From positions 42,718,001-42,782,000 of the forward strand of contig NC_043012.1 of the NCBI RefSeq assembly GCF_006345805.1: a stretch of 64,000 bases of DNA, given 5' to 3'. Source of the DNA: Octopus sinensis. Lineage: Eukaryota. Position numbers and translations under genes: made by a program. The notes beneath the pieces were generated by a model, which saw only the letters and a program-made list of their open reading frames with translations, was not told the DNA's origin and did not search any database. Positions 13,390 through 24,060 of this stretch are shown piece after piece. The stretch's first letter is position 1. Each line of letters begins with the position of its first letter.

Positions 13390-13975
13390 TGTATGACGAA
13401 GACAGCTGTGTAAAGAAGTGCTGATCTCTAACTGTGGAGAGAACCTGTAGTAGAGGTAGACCCAGGAAGATGTGGGACAAGGTGGTGAAATATGATCTTC
13501 GAAATTTGGGCCTCACAGAGGCAATGACCAGTGACTGAGACCTTTGGCAATATGCTGTGCTTAAGAAGACTCGTCAAGCCAAGTGAAATTGTAGTCATGG
13601 CTGATGCTGGTATCACGTAACTGGCACATAAAAAACATCTTTCAAGCATTGGACCTCATGGACACAAAGTGGATGAGCTCCTTTTGAATGTTGGACCTCA
13701 CGGAGGCAATGACCAAGACCTTTGGCATTATGTCATGCTTGAGAAGAAGACCCATCAAGCCGATGAAAATCACAGTCAAGACAGATACCAGTGTCATGCA
13801 AATGGCACCCATGCTGGTGGCACATAAAAGCATCCATTACACTCTCGGAGTGGTTGGTATTAGGAAGGGCATCCAGCCATAGAAACCATACCAAATCAGA
13901 CAGGAATCTGGTGCAGCTTTCCAGCTTGCCAGCCTATGCCAGCATGGATAACAAATGCTAAATGATGATGATATA
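13390..13975 (+). mobile_element. RTE-clade LINE extreme 3' fragment, degenerate
   Basis: GGTAGACCCAGGAAGATGTGGGACAAGGTGGTG (GRPRKTWDEVV-like) plus UTR core GGAGTGGTTGGTATTAGGAAGGGCATCCAGC and GAT tail. Confidence 0.8.
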
Positions 13976-13997
13976 TATATATATATATATATATATA

Positions 13998-14633
13998 CTA
14001 GCAGTATCGCCCGGCGTTGCTCGGGTTTGTAAGGGAAATAACTATATAAGCATTTTTAGAGAGTTATAGCCAAAAAATAGCAAAAAATCCATTAAAAATG
14101 GAAAAAATATGATGGTAAATTTTTTGAAAAATCGTTGACTCATCGTAGACATTTTTAGAGAGTTACTTCCCTTATATAATAGCGAAAAAATGCATTAAAT
14201 GGAAAAAAAACGATGGTAAATTTTTTTTTTAATCGTGGACTCATGTAGACGCTTTCTTAGCCATTTCTGTTTTGGTGTCTTCAAGCCATGAAGTCGTTGT
14301 TCTAAAAGAACACTGGTCTCCTTGACAACGCATTACGACGTTGATTTCCTTACACTCCCTTCCCCACAGGTGCAGGTGTGAGCGTGGACGCCAACTCCGC
14401 CGCCATCAACACACGAAAAATTATGCATTAAAATGGAATAAAAAATGATGTTAAATTATTTTTAAAATCGTAGACTCATCGTAGACGCGCGCTAATATTC
14501 AGACGGGCTCGATATGAATCACGACTATAAGCTACCCGAATTTGGTTAAACTGCACCGCAAAATGTGGGAGTAGTTAGGAATCTAAATCGAAGGGGACAG
14601 ACACTCACACAACTACAGTTTTATATATATAGA
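13998..14633 (-). mobile_element. Non-autonomous Helitron (family A)
   Basis: Minus-strand 5' A|TC at 14633-14632; 3' CTAG|T at 14001-13998, preceded by GC hairpin CCCGAGCAACGCCGGG; both ends shared with copies at 23194 and 59243. Confidence 0.8.
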
Positions 14634-14699
14634 TATACATAGCGCAGTAGTGGTGAGATGTGACAGCAAAGAAAAGCATACATTCACTCTCTGCATGCA

Positions 14700-15050
14700 A
14701 TTAGACTCGGAAAGTTCGTGAGGAACCCATTGACCCAATTTGCTGACTTTTCCGATAGCACACAGGTCTCAATGAATGGTTGAATGACCAAATCCAAGCT
14801 TCTCTGCTAGTTCCTCAACAGTTACGATGAGATTTTGTTCCACCAGGGTTTTCAGGATGTCCTTGTCGAGTTCTACAGATCTTTCAGGATGAGGCTCGTC
14901 TTCTAGGCTGTAGTTTATGGCTCGGGATTTCTGGAACCACCATTGACACTGCCTTACGCTTATTGTCCAATCCCCATATACTGCATTAATATTTCTTGTA
15001 CTTTGCACACATTTATATTCTGTTATTCTTTTATATGTTTCAGCCTTGAG
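14700..15050 (-). pseudogene. Mariner transposase N-terminal HTH remnant
   Basis: INAVYGD.TISVRQCQWWFQK...SLEDEP...LKTLVEQNLIVTVEELAEKLG in ORF 14769-15191. Confidence 0.75.
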
Positions 15051-15194
15051 GTTGTGGCCATGCTGGATCATGTGTGTGTGTGTGTGTGTGTGTCTATCTG
15101 TCTGTCTGTCTGTATGTATATATGTATATGTATGTGTGTGAACAATAATATTTTCAACAGATGTGTTGCAAATGTATCTGATTGTTCTCAAGCT

Positions 15195-15313
15195 TCAATA
15201 CTGTGTGTGTGTGTATGTGTGTGTATGTATGTATGTATATGTATGTATGTATGTATATGTATGTATGTGTGTATGTATGTATGTGTGTGTGTATGTATGT
15301 GTGTGTGTGTATG

Positions 15314-15352
<39 letters not shown>

Positions 15353-15420
15353 ATGTATGTATGTATGTATGTATGTATGTATGTATGTATGTATGTATGT
15401 ATGTATGTATGAGTGTATGT
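15195..15420. repeat. Compound (TG)n/(TATG)n microsatellite
   Basis: Directly visible; source of spurious CVCMY ORFs. Confidence 0.95.
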
Positions 15421-15622
15421 TTACTTTATTACTAACACAAGCCACTACGGTTATTTAATGTAAAGTCTTCCTCAAATCACTCTCTCTCTCGCTATTTACT
15501 CTCTTCCAAGAACATTTTCACTCACTCTTAGCTCTTAGCTTCCCATACATTTTACTCATGTATCTATCAGCGTCATAGACAGAATACTTTCAGTTTAGTC
15601 TTCCTCAAATCACTCTGTCGCT

Positions 15623-15894
15623 ATTTACTTTCATTTATTCGTTGCCCACTGTGTGTGTGCGTTTGCGTGTGGTGTAAACCAGACTAAGAAAAGCATTTGA
15701 CACACACACCAGAATGTGAGTTTTCTGTAAATTTTGCTTAATTGGAGTTTAAATTTTAAAAACTGGACCTGGCATGACGCGATGCATTGTACTCTTAAAA
15801 ATGCTAGGTAAATTGTAATTGAAGAAATCCTATATTGTAGATTTGTATAACTCCCAAAGGGAGGCAGATAAAATCTGCCTTTTATAATAAGAGA
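15623..15894 (-). mobile_element. Repeat family B (probable Helitron-like 5' end); also at 24404-24673 and about 61215-61459
   Basis: Three ~270-bp near-identical copies ending ...TTTTATAATAAGAGA|T (minus-strand A|TC start) with subterminal hairpin AGGCAGAT-AAA-ATCTGCCT; matching 3' CTAG end not located. Confidence 0.5.
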
Positions 15895-16540
15895 TATTTG
15901 GAAAAGGATGCATGGCGTTCGATCATATAATAATATAAATAATATATATGCATATATATATACATATATGTACATACCTACATATATATGTATATATGCA
16001 TGCATATATGGGTACAGGACATCAAAAAAACATTGAACACAATGAGAAACGAAAACATAAAAAAAACATAGAAACAAACTTTTTTTTGAACAACGAAAAA
16101 AACAAACAGAAAAACGAGACATACAACATAAAGAATATTCTCCTTCTTCAGTTGTCCCTGTTTCATCTACTCCATGTTTCGAAGGCAAGGACAAGACACA
16201 ACAGTCCTTCCCGTAAAGCAAATTAAATAAAATTTGGGATTTTTTGCAGAGGGTGAAAGTGGTAACAAGAACAGGACAGTGAGAACAAAACAGTAAAAAC
16301 AAACAGTGAGAGCTGCTAAGCCAAGACAATAGAAAAATTATTATGAACGCTAGGAAGACGAGCTTATGAAGGAGACAGTATAAGCACGTTTTTTTCTTTA
16401 CAAAGATAGTGGGAAGAAAGATAGATTCTCTTTTGTCACGTATCAGCGACGAGAGAGTTAAGGAGAAGGAGTGAGAGAGATGGAATGGTGAAGAGGAGAG
16501 GAGAAGAATAGGGAAGGGTGAGAGAGAAAACCATAAATAT

Positions 16541-16611
16541 AACTGTGCCAAGTTTCGTTGCTCTACTGCTATGGGAAGTGGGTCAGGGGCATTACTTATT
16601 GAACGCCCCTC

Positions 16612-16612
<1 letters not shown>
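16541..16612. mobile_element. Solo end of the mariner family seen at 53266-54533
   Basis: GGAAGTGGGTCAGGGGCATTACTTATTGAACGCCCCTCG|TA matches that element's TIR. Confidence 0.8.
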
Positions 16613-16650
<38 letters not shown>

Positions 16651-16652
<2 letters not shown>

Positions 16653-17471
16653 AGGGAGTCCCCAAAAGTAACTGGAAACATTATCTGTGGGACAAACCCA
16701 TAGTTCAAGCTTCTGTTGTTAGAAGCCACTTCATGTGGCCTTCAGGCATCAGTCTGCTGAAGGGCAGCATCCAGTGAGATCATGCATCTTTGTTTTGCAG
16801 TGCTTCTCCTGTTTGTCAATTTTTGCAATGGCTGAAACAAAGGAACAGCATGCTTCCATGAAATTCTGTTTACTGCTGAGAAAACTGGTGACTGAAACAG
16901 TTGTCATGCTTCAAACAGCTTACAAGGATGCTGCTGAGAGCAAAACACAAGTTTGCAAGTGGTTCCCACACTTTAGGAATGGTGACTTATTGCTTAAAGA
17001 CCAACCTCACTGAGGATGACCATCGATCTTGGAGGACCATCACTGAACAATTGACAAGCTCACTGATATGACTGGTATGTCCTGGAGCTCCTGCCAACCA
17101 ATTTTGAGGGAGGAATTGCAAATGAAAAGAGTTGCAGCAAAATTTGTACATCACTTGCTCACAGAAGACCAAAAGCAGTCACGACTGAATGTGTGTTGGG
17201 AACTGAAAGAATAGTTGGCAGTTGATCCAGACCTTTTTTTCAATGGTCACTACTGGTGATGAAAGCATATTGTGAAGATGTGGAAGAGGTGAAGAACAAA
17301 ATTAATAGAGTCACAAGAGTTCCAGCACTGCTTCAAATAGTGGAAAAGACGTCTGGACCGATGCCTTGCTTCAAATGGAGAATACTTTGAAGGCAATAAA
17401 AGTGTAAACATTCAAAACGAAGTGAATAAAATAATATTGCAAAATTCCGGTTTCTTTTGGGCACACCCTCA
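16651..17471 (+). mobile_element. Internally deleted mariner element (~820 bp)
   Basis: TIRs CGAGGGAGTCCCCAAAAGTAACTGGAAA / TTCCGGTTTCTTTTGGGCACACCCTCA|TA; ORF remnant EQHASMKFCLLLRK..TET..ML.TAY. Confidence 0.8.
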
Positions 17472-17473
17472 TA

Positions 17474-20400
17474 GGTCTGGCTGAAAGGTAGGTCTGGCTG
17501 AAAGGTAGGTCTGGTGAGATAGTCGAGATGCTTGAACGGAGATGTGTGGATATATGTTGCATGCAAGAAATAAGGTGGAGAGGAGGATCAGCTAGGTTCC
17601 TCACAGGCAAGGAACGCAGGTACAAGATTTTCTGGGCAGGGAACACTGACGGGGTTGGTGGCGTGGGTATACTTATCGCTGAGAAATGGGTAGATAAAGT
17701 AATTGAGGTAATCAGAGTAAGTGACAGAATACTTAAGATTAGATTAGTGCTTCATCATAGTTTAGCAACCATTATATCAGCCTATGCTCCTCAGTCGGGG
17801 CTACCCGATGGACAGAAAGACCGATTCTATGACACTCTACTGCAGACTACCTCATTGACGAACGACAGAGACCTTATCTTTGTGGCTGGTGACTTCAATG
17901 GTCACGTTGGACGACATGCTGGGGGCTTCCATGGCGTACATGGAGGCTATGGCTATGGCTCCCGCAACGAGGAGGGAACCAGGCTGCTGGAGTTCTGCGA
18001 TGCAAATAATCTTATGATTTGCAACACTAACTTCAGGAAACCTACCAGCCACCTAGTCACTTACCAATCGGGCCAACATACCAGCCAAATTGACTACATC
18101 CTTACAAGGCAAAGGGAGAGATGGCTGCTTATAAATGCCAAAACCTTCCCAGGTGAAGAATGTACCCCACAACATAGACTGGTAGTTAGTGACTTTAGGA
18201 TCAGGACTAGGAGGACAACCAGAAGACGACAAATATGGAGAAGAAGGATCTGGAAGCTTAAAGATCCTGCAAATGGACAGAGATTTAGGGACATATTACT
18301 TGAAGCCTCTGACGAAGTAGAAGGGGATAGAGCATCACAGGGGGTAGAAGACAGCTGGACGTTTCTAAGGGACAACCTGCTGAGAGCCACTGACCAGATC
18401 TGTGGCTGGTGCAAAGTCCCCTCTCGACCTAGAATAACGTGGTGGTGGAACAATATTGTAGACAGGGCTATTAGAGAAAAGAGACAGGCTTGGAAGGTCT
18501 GGAAAAATGGGGGTAGCAGGGAATTGTATCAGACTGCCAAAAGAGAAGCTAGGAGACAGGTTTATTTAGCCAGAGGGGAAGCAGATAAGAAAAAATTTGC
18601 CAATGTTCTGCGCCGTGAGGACCAAAGACTGGAGGTGTTTCGTGTTGCAAGACAGTGTTTGAGAGAGAATCGTGATGTGGTAGGAGAGAAGTGTGTTCGC
18701 ATGGAAGATGGTTCACTTGCGCTAAATGAGGATGCGAAGAGAGAGGTTTGGAGATGCCACTATGAAAGGTTGCTGAATGAAGAAAATGAATGGGATAAAG
18801 AGAGTCTGCCGAATGTTGACCCAACAGAGGGACCAGCTATCCGAGTTGATAGTTCTGTGGTAGCTAAGGCAATTAGAAGCATGAAGACAGGGAAAGCCCC
18901 AGGCCCATCAGGAATCACTGCAGAGATGCTCAAAATGTCTGGTAGTGTCGGCTATAGCCTAGTCACCCATATAGTTAATCAGGTGATACACAAAGGGGTC
19001 ATACCCAATGACTGGTGTAGCAGTATAATAGTCAACTGCTACAAAGGTAAAGGTGATGCCCTAGATACAAATAACTACAGAGGTATCAAGCTGTTGGACC
19101 AGGTGATGAAGGTTACGGAGAGGGTCATAGCCCAACTAATTAGAGAGAGAGTTAGTTTAGATGAGATGCAGTTTGGGTTTGTGCCAGGGAAAAGTACTAC
19201 TGATGCTATATTCCTGGTAAGGCAGCTGCAGGAGAAATACCTAGCCAAAGATAAGCCCCTGTACCTGGCTTTTGTTGACATGGAGAAAGCCTTCGACAGG
19301 GTCCCCCGATCCCTTATCTGGTGGGCAATGAGAAAACTAGGGATAGATGAATGGTTAGTGAGAGCTGTGCGGGCCATGTATAGGGACGCCGCTAGTAGGG
19401 TGAGGGTTGGAAATGAGTACAGTGAAGAATTCCGGGTAGAGGTAGGGGTCCACCAAGGCTCAGTCCTCAGCCCCCTCCTATTTATCATAGTCCTCCAGGC
19501 AATAACGGAGGAATTCAAGACAGGATGCCCTTGGGAGCTCCTCTATGCTGATGACCTTGCTCTAATTGCTGAGTCGCTATCAGAACTGGAGGAGAAGTTT
19601 CAGGTGTGGAAACAAGGATTAGAATCGAAGGGCCTCAGAGTCAATCTAGCTAAAACCAAAGTCGTAATCAGTAGGAAGGTAGACAAATCACAAACACCTT
19701 CAGGTAGATGGCCCTGCTCGATCTGTAGAAAAGGTGTAGGTAGAAACTCTATAAGATGCACCAAGTGTAAGCTATGGACACATAAGAGATGCAGCAATGT
19801 CAAAGGAAGGCTAACTAGGAAGATGGTTTTTGTATGTGGCAGATGCTCAGGAACAATAAACACTGAAAATGCTCTGAGACCAACTTCCGTCACTTTCCAG
19901 GGAGAAAAACTAGAAATAGTTGATAGTTTCCGTTACCTAGGTGACCAAGTCAGCAGCGGGGGTGGGTGTGCTGAAAGTGTAACTGCTAGAGTAAGAATAG
20001 CTTGGGCAAAGTTCAGAGAGCTCTTACCTCTGCTAGTGACAAAAGGCCTCTCGCACAGAGTGAAAGGCAGACTGTATGATGCGTGTGTACGAACAGCCAT
20101 GCTACATGGCAGTGAAACATGGGCCGTGACTGCTGAGGATATGCGTAAGCTCGCTAGAAATGAAGCCAGTATGCTCCGATGGATGTGTAATGCCGGTACT
20201 CACACTCGGCAGAGTGTAAGTACCTTGAGAGAAAAGCTGGACCTAAGAAGCATCAGTTGTGGTGTGCAAGAGAGACGTTTGCGCTGGTATGGTCATGTGG
20301 CGAGAATGGATGAAGATAGTTGTGTGAAAAAGTGCCACACCCTAGCGGTTGAGGGAACCCGTGGAAGAGGCAGACCCAGGAAAACCTGGGACGAGGTGGT

Positions 20401-21097
20401 GAAGCACAACCTTCGAACTTTAGGTCTCACTGAGGAAATGACTAGAGACCGAGACCTCTGGAAGTGTGCTGTGCGCGAGAAGACCCGGCAGGACAAGTGA
20501 GTCCACAACCCGTGGCCTTCTACATGGGATGGAGCCAGCCTACGTATGCATACCTTCCCTTCTTGGGACACAAAACTCTACTTGTGAAGACGTGTTGAGG
20601 CAAGTGAGGATCAGAATCGAAATCGATCAATGGAAATTGCGGATGTGCTACCAGTGCCGGTGGCATGTCGAAACTCTGCTTGTGAAGACCCATTGAGGCA
20701 AGTGAGGATCAGAATCGAAATCGATCAATGGAAATTGCAGATGTGTTACCAGTGCCGGTGGCATGTAAGAGAACTTCCGTTTCGCGACCGTTGCCAGCAC
20801 CGCCCCGTTTCGTGTCCGTTGCCAGCCTCGCCTGGCCCTCGTGCCAGTGGCACATAAAAAGCACCATCCGTTCGTGGCCGTTTGCCAGCTCTGTCTGGCA
20901 CCAGTGCGGGTGGCACGTAAAAAGCACCCACTACACTCACGGAGTGGTTGGCGTTAGGAAGGGCATCCAGCCGTAGAAACACTGCCAGATTTGACTGGGC
21001 CTGATGAAGCCTTCTGGCTTCACAGACCCCAGTAGAACCGTCCAACCCATGCTAGCATGGAAAACGGACGCTAAATGATGATGATGATGATGATGAT
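17474..21097 (+). mobile_element. Near-full-length RTE-clade LINE
   Basis: Single long ORF plus modular 3' UTR and (GAT)n tail; 5' end truncated within the first APE strand, with a 17-bp tandem duplication (17474-17490, 17491-17507); no TSD recognised. Confidence 0.97.
17528..20500 (+). CDS. RTE ORF: APE endonuclease + reverse transcriptase with inserted PHD finger (990 aa; frame open a few codons upstream)
   Basis: APE motifs DICCMQE, SAYAP, AGDFNGH, SQIDYIL, PQHRLVV; RT motifs NYRGIKLL, QFGF, FVDMEKAFD, GVHQGSVLSP, LYADD, FRYLG; C4HC3 finger at 19715-19846. Confidence 0.95.
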   Translation: MLERRCVDICCMQEIRWRGGSARFLTGKERRYKIFWAGNTDGVGGVGILIAEKWVDKVIEVIRVSDRILKIRLVLHHSLATIISAYAPQSGLPDGQKDRFYDTLLQTTSLTNDRDLIFVAGDFNGHVGRHAGGFHGVHGGYGYGSRNEEGTRLLEFCDANNLMICNTNFRKPTSHLVTYQSGQHTSQIDYILTRQRERWLLINAKTFPGEECTPQHRLVVSDFRIRTRRTTRRRQIWRRRIWKLKDPANGQRFRDILLEASDEVEGDRASQGVEDSWTFLRDNLLRATDQICGWCKVPSRPRITWWWNNIVDRAIREKRQAWKVWKNGGSRELYQTAKREARRQVYLARGEADKKKFANVLRREDQRLEVFRVARQCLRENRDVVGEKCVRMEDGSLALNEDAKREVWRCHYERLLNEENEWDKESLPNVDPTEGPAIRVDSSVVAKAIRSMKTGKAPGPSGITAEMLKMSGSVGYSLVTHIVNQVIHKGVIPNDWCSSIIVNCYKGKGDALDTNNYRGIKLLDQVMKVTERVIAQLIRERVSLDEMQFGFVPGKSTTDAIFLVRQLQEKYLAKDKPLYLAFVDMEKAFDRVPRSLIWWAMRKLGIDEWLVRAVRAMYRDAASRVRVGNEYSEEFRVEVGVHQGSVLSPLLFIIVLQAITEEFKTGCPWELLYADDLALIAESLSELEEKFQVWKQGLESKGLRVNLAKTKVVISRKVDKSQTPSGRWPCSICRKGVGRNSIRCTKCKLWTHKRCSNVKGRLTRKMVFVCGRCSGTINTENALRPTSVTFQGEKLEIVDSFRYLGDQVSSGGGCAESVTARVRIAWAKFRELLPLLVTKGLSHRVKGRLYDACVRTAMLHGSETWAVTAEDMRKLARNEASMLRWMCNAGTHTRQSVSTLREKLDLRSISCGVQERRLRWYGHVARMDEDSCVKKCHTLAVEGTRGRGRPRKTWDEVVKHNLRTLGLTEEMTRDRDLWKCAVREKTRQDK

Positions 21098-21099
21098 AT

Positions 21100-23035
21100 A
21101 CATGACCCTCGGATATCACTGCTGAGATGATTAAAATATCAGGTTGTGTGGGATACAGCCAAGTCACTCACATAGTTCATCAGGTTATTCAGGAAGGCGT
21201 CATCCCAAAGACTGGTGTAGCATTATTATAGTCAGCTTAGACAGAAACAACTACAGAGGTATCAAACTGCTTGATCAGGTCATGAAAATTACAGAGAGAT
21301 AGTTATGTCTCAACTAATTAGGGATAGACTTAAACTAGATGAGATGTAATTTGGCTTTGTTCCTGGGAGAAGTACCACAGATACCATTTTCATAGTGAGA
21401 TGGTTGCAAGAAAAGTATCTGGCCAAAAGTAAGCCATTGTACTTAGCTTTCATCGACCTGGAGAAAGCTTTCAACAGGGTTCCCCACTCTCTTATTTGGT
21501 GGTCTGTAAGGAAGCTAGGAGTAGAGGAGTGGCTTGTTAAAGTGGTTCAAGTCATGTATAGCGATGCTGTCAGTAAGGTGAGAGTTGGCCTTGAATACAG
21601 TGATGAATTTAACATACAAGTTGGAGTGCACCAGGGATCAGTTCTTAGTTTAACTCTTAATTATCATAGTTCCCTGGGTCATAACAGGTGAATTTAAAAC
21701 TGGATGCCCATGGGAAATACAATATGCTGATGATCTTGCTCCTTTGCAGAATCTGAAGCAGAATTGGAAAAGAAGTTCTGGGTTTGGAAGCAAAACCTGG
21801 AATCAAAGGGCCTTAAAGTTAACTTAGCTAAGACTCTCATTCCAGCTGGTAAATGGCCCTGTTCAATAAGCAAGAAAGGGGTGGGATGTAATTCCATTCA
21901 GTATACAAAGTGTAACCTATGGATGTGTAGTAGTCTGTGGTCTGTAGCTAAAATAGTTGAATGAGCTATCTTGCAAGAAGTTTTATAGAGTAATCTCCCT
22001 TTAATAAGTTTCTCAGAGATTCTACTTCACGAGAAGTAATTCTAATTTTTCAAGAAGCTTCGCATTTCTCTTGGAAGTTTCTAGAATGTCTAGCATTCCA
22101 TTAATAAAAACAGTTTGCTTGCCCTGCTCTTCGCTTCTTAGTCGACTAGACTCTGAGCCATTCACATCGTTGCTATGCCTGCCTATTTCTCTTTGCCACA
22201 TGACTGAAAACCATCACTTAGCTGTTACTTCTACATTCCTGAACTTCCTTGCATAGATTACTTCATTCAACTAAATTCTACATTTTCATTATATTTCATC
22301 AACAACCAATTAATAAAATATATTTTTATGTAGTAAATATATAGTTCTTAAATTTCTTCTTCTTCTTCTTTGTAAGATTTCTTCGAATAATATACATGCA
22401 GCCATTTCAATACTTAATACTGAACATATATTCCACACTACAGATGCATATGAGATGCAGTGGAATCAGATAAGGCTGCTTTTGTGTGTAGCAGATGCAC
22501 TGGAACAGTGAGTATTAAGAGCACAAGGGACTTAAACTCTCTCAAATGCCCAGGAGGCTTGCTTGAGGTAGTAGATAGGTTCTGCTATTCAGGTGACCAA
22601 ATTTCTGCCTCCGTATTTCTCCGTTACACTGTAACCTTTCATCATTTGATACTGGATCACCTCTTCTGATGCCTTGCTTCTGTCTCTTTGTCGCACTCTA
22701 ACTTTCATCCTCTGACACAAATGCCCTACCCCTCCCCTAATTCCTTGTCTTGTGAGTTACTTGGTTACCCTGCCAGTGCTGATGCCACATTAAAAGCATT
22801 CAGTCCACACTGTAATATGGTTGGCAAAACTAACTTTGCCTGTGCTAGTGCCATGTAAAAAGCACTGAGTCCACTCTGCAGAGTGATTGGTGTTAGGAAG
22901 GCATTCACCTGCAAAATTCCTGCCAAAACAGACACAACAGCCTTGGGTAAATTTTCTACCTGGCCAGCTCCTGTCAACTGTCCTACCCATGCATGAATGG
23001 AAGATGGACATTAAACGATGATGATAATGATAATG
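21100..23035 (+). mobile_element. Older, diverged RTE copy interrupted by a solo LTR
   Basis: FIDLEKAFNRVP, GVHQGSVL motifs in ORF 21395-21691; sequence resumes at 22443 after the LTR; degenerate UTR core about 22860-23020. Confidence 0.75.
21926..22442. mobile_element. Solo LTR (517 bp)
   Basis: TGTAGT...ACTACA termini; 4-bp TSD GATG (21922-21925 and 22443-22446); interrupts the RTE zinc-finger coding sequence. Confidence 0.8.
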
Positions 23036-23193
23036 ATATATATAAGAGACCGTCCTAGCATGAGGCATTTATGTATAGTAATGCCCTTAATATAGATAAA
23101 TATATTAAAATTTTTCCCTTATGACGTTTTTTCACGCTAACTACTTGATAAATTCTTATAAAGATTTAATCCTACTTTTAAATTATATATATA

Positions 23194-24012
23194 CTAGCAG
23201 AATTGCTTGAAAGTACTGTTAATGATTGCACTGAATTATGATGATTATTCAGGCAAATATTGAAATAAGCTTACGGTGGGAGATAAGGACTTAACGCCAA
23301 ACGTGTGCCATTGCATTGTTTTGGGGGAACCAAATTTCTGATGAGCATTATAGGGGCACTAACTTTAAGTTTGAGAAAGTGTGGTGGTAGTCCGGGGTGC
23401 TCAAAGGAATTGAGTACCTCTATTGGATAGTTGATGACGTCCTCTGGGTCAGGAGTTGTATCGATAGACTGATATACATAGACTTCCCCAGGAATGAGTT
23501 TTAGCATTTCATTATTAATATGGTGAACAGTTTTATTCCTCGGGGCCAGTATAGCCTTTTTGCCAATCCAATCCATATTCTGATAATTAGCTTGTAAATC
23601 TGGGAACACTGCATCTCTGAGATCAGAAGGCGTCTTAACAATGGTACAAATGGAATCGATGGCAATATTACCATTTTCATCCCCTGGTATTTTGCCTTCG
23701 CCAAGTGCAAGGAGGGTGTGAGGAAATGCTGGTGATCTGATATTACGTCGCATATGAGCACGCATATTGGTGTGAAGTTTGAGAGTTACTTCCGTTTATT
23801 TTTTAAAATATGCATTAAAATGGAAAAAAATGATGGTAAATTATTTGTAAAATCATAGACTCATTGTAGACGCGCGCTAATACCCAGAAGGGCTCGATAT
23901 GAATCACGACTATAAGATACCCGGTTTTGGTTAAACTGCATCGCAAAATGTGGGAGTAGTTAGGAATCTAAATCGGAGTAGACAGACACACAACCTTTCT
24001 TTTATATATAAA
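23194..24012 (-). mobile_element. Non-autonomous Helitron (family A) carrying a PIF1-like helicase remnant
   Basis: CTAG end at 23194-23197; ORF 23271-23765 KAILAPRN..V..IN..ML...PG....YQSID...YPIEVLNS....[19 protein letters not shown]....QCNGTRL. Confidence 0.85.
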
Positions 24013-24029
24013 TACATACATACACACAC

Positions 24030-24060
<31 letters not shown>

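Noticed and set aside
16140-16200. Possible permuted (type II) hammerhead on minus strand (GAAAC...GTA...CTGAAGA), also near 61730-61775
   Set aside because: No stem I can form between the NUH and the core, and stem III is weak.
15631-16665. 344-aa minus-strand ORF
   Set aside because: Crosses (TA)n, a mariner end and two repeat families; low complexity.
19548-19556. CTGATGA hammerhead-like cores at 19548, 9121, 6332 and 23339
   Set aside because: These are YADD codons or helicase coding sequence, with no stem II-GAAA-stem III-NUH arrangement.
19075-19893. Antisense ORFs recurring in several RTE copies (e.g. 19075-19518, 1988-2380, 5885-6202)
   Set aside because: Shadow frames of the RT coding strand; recurrence reflects copy identity, not independent selection.
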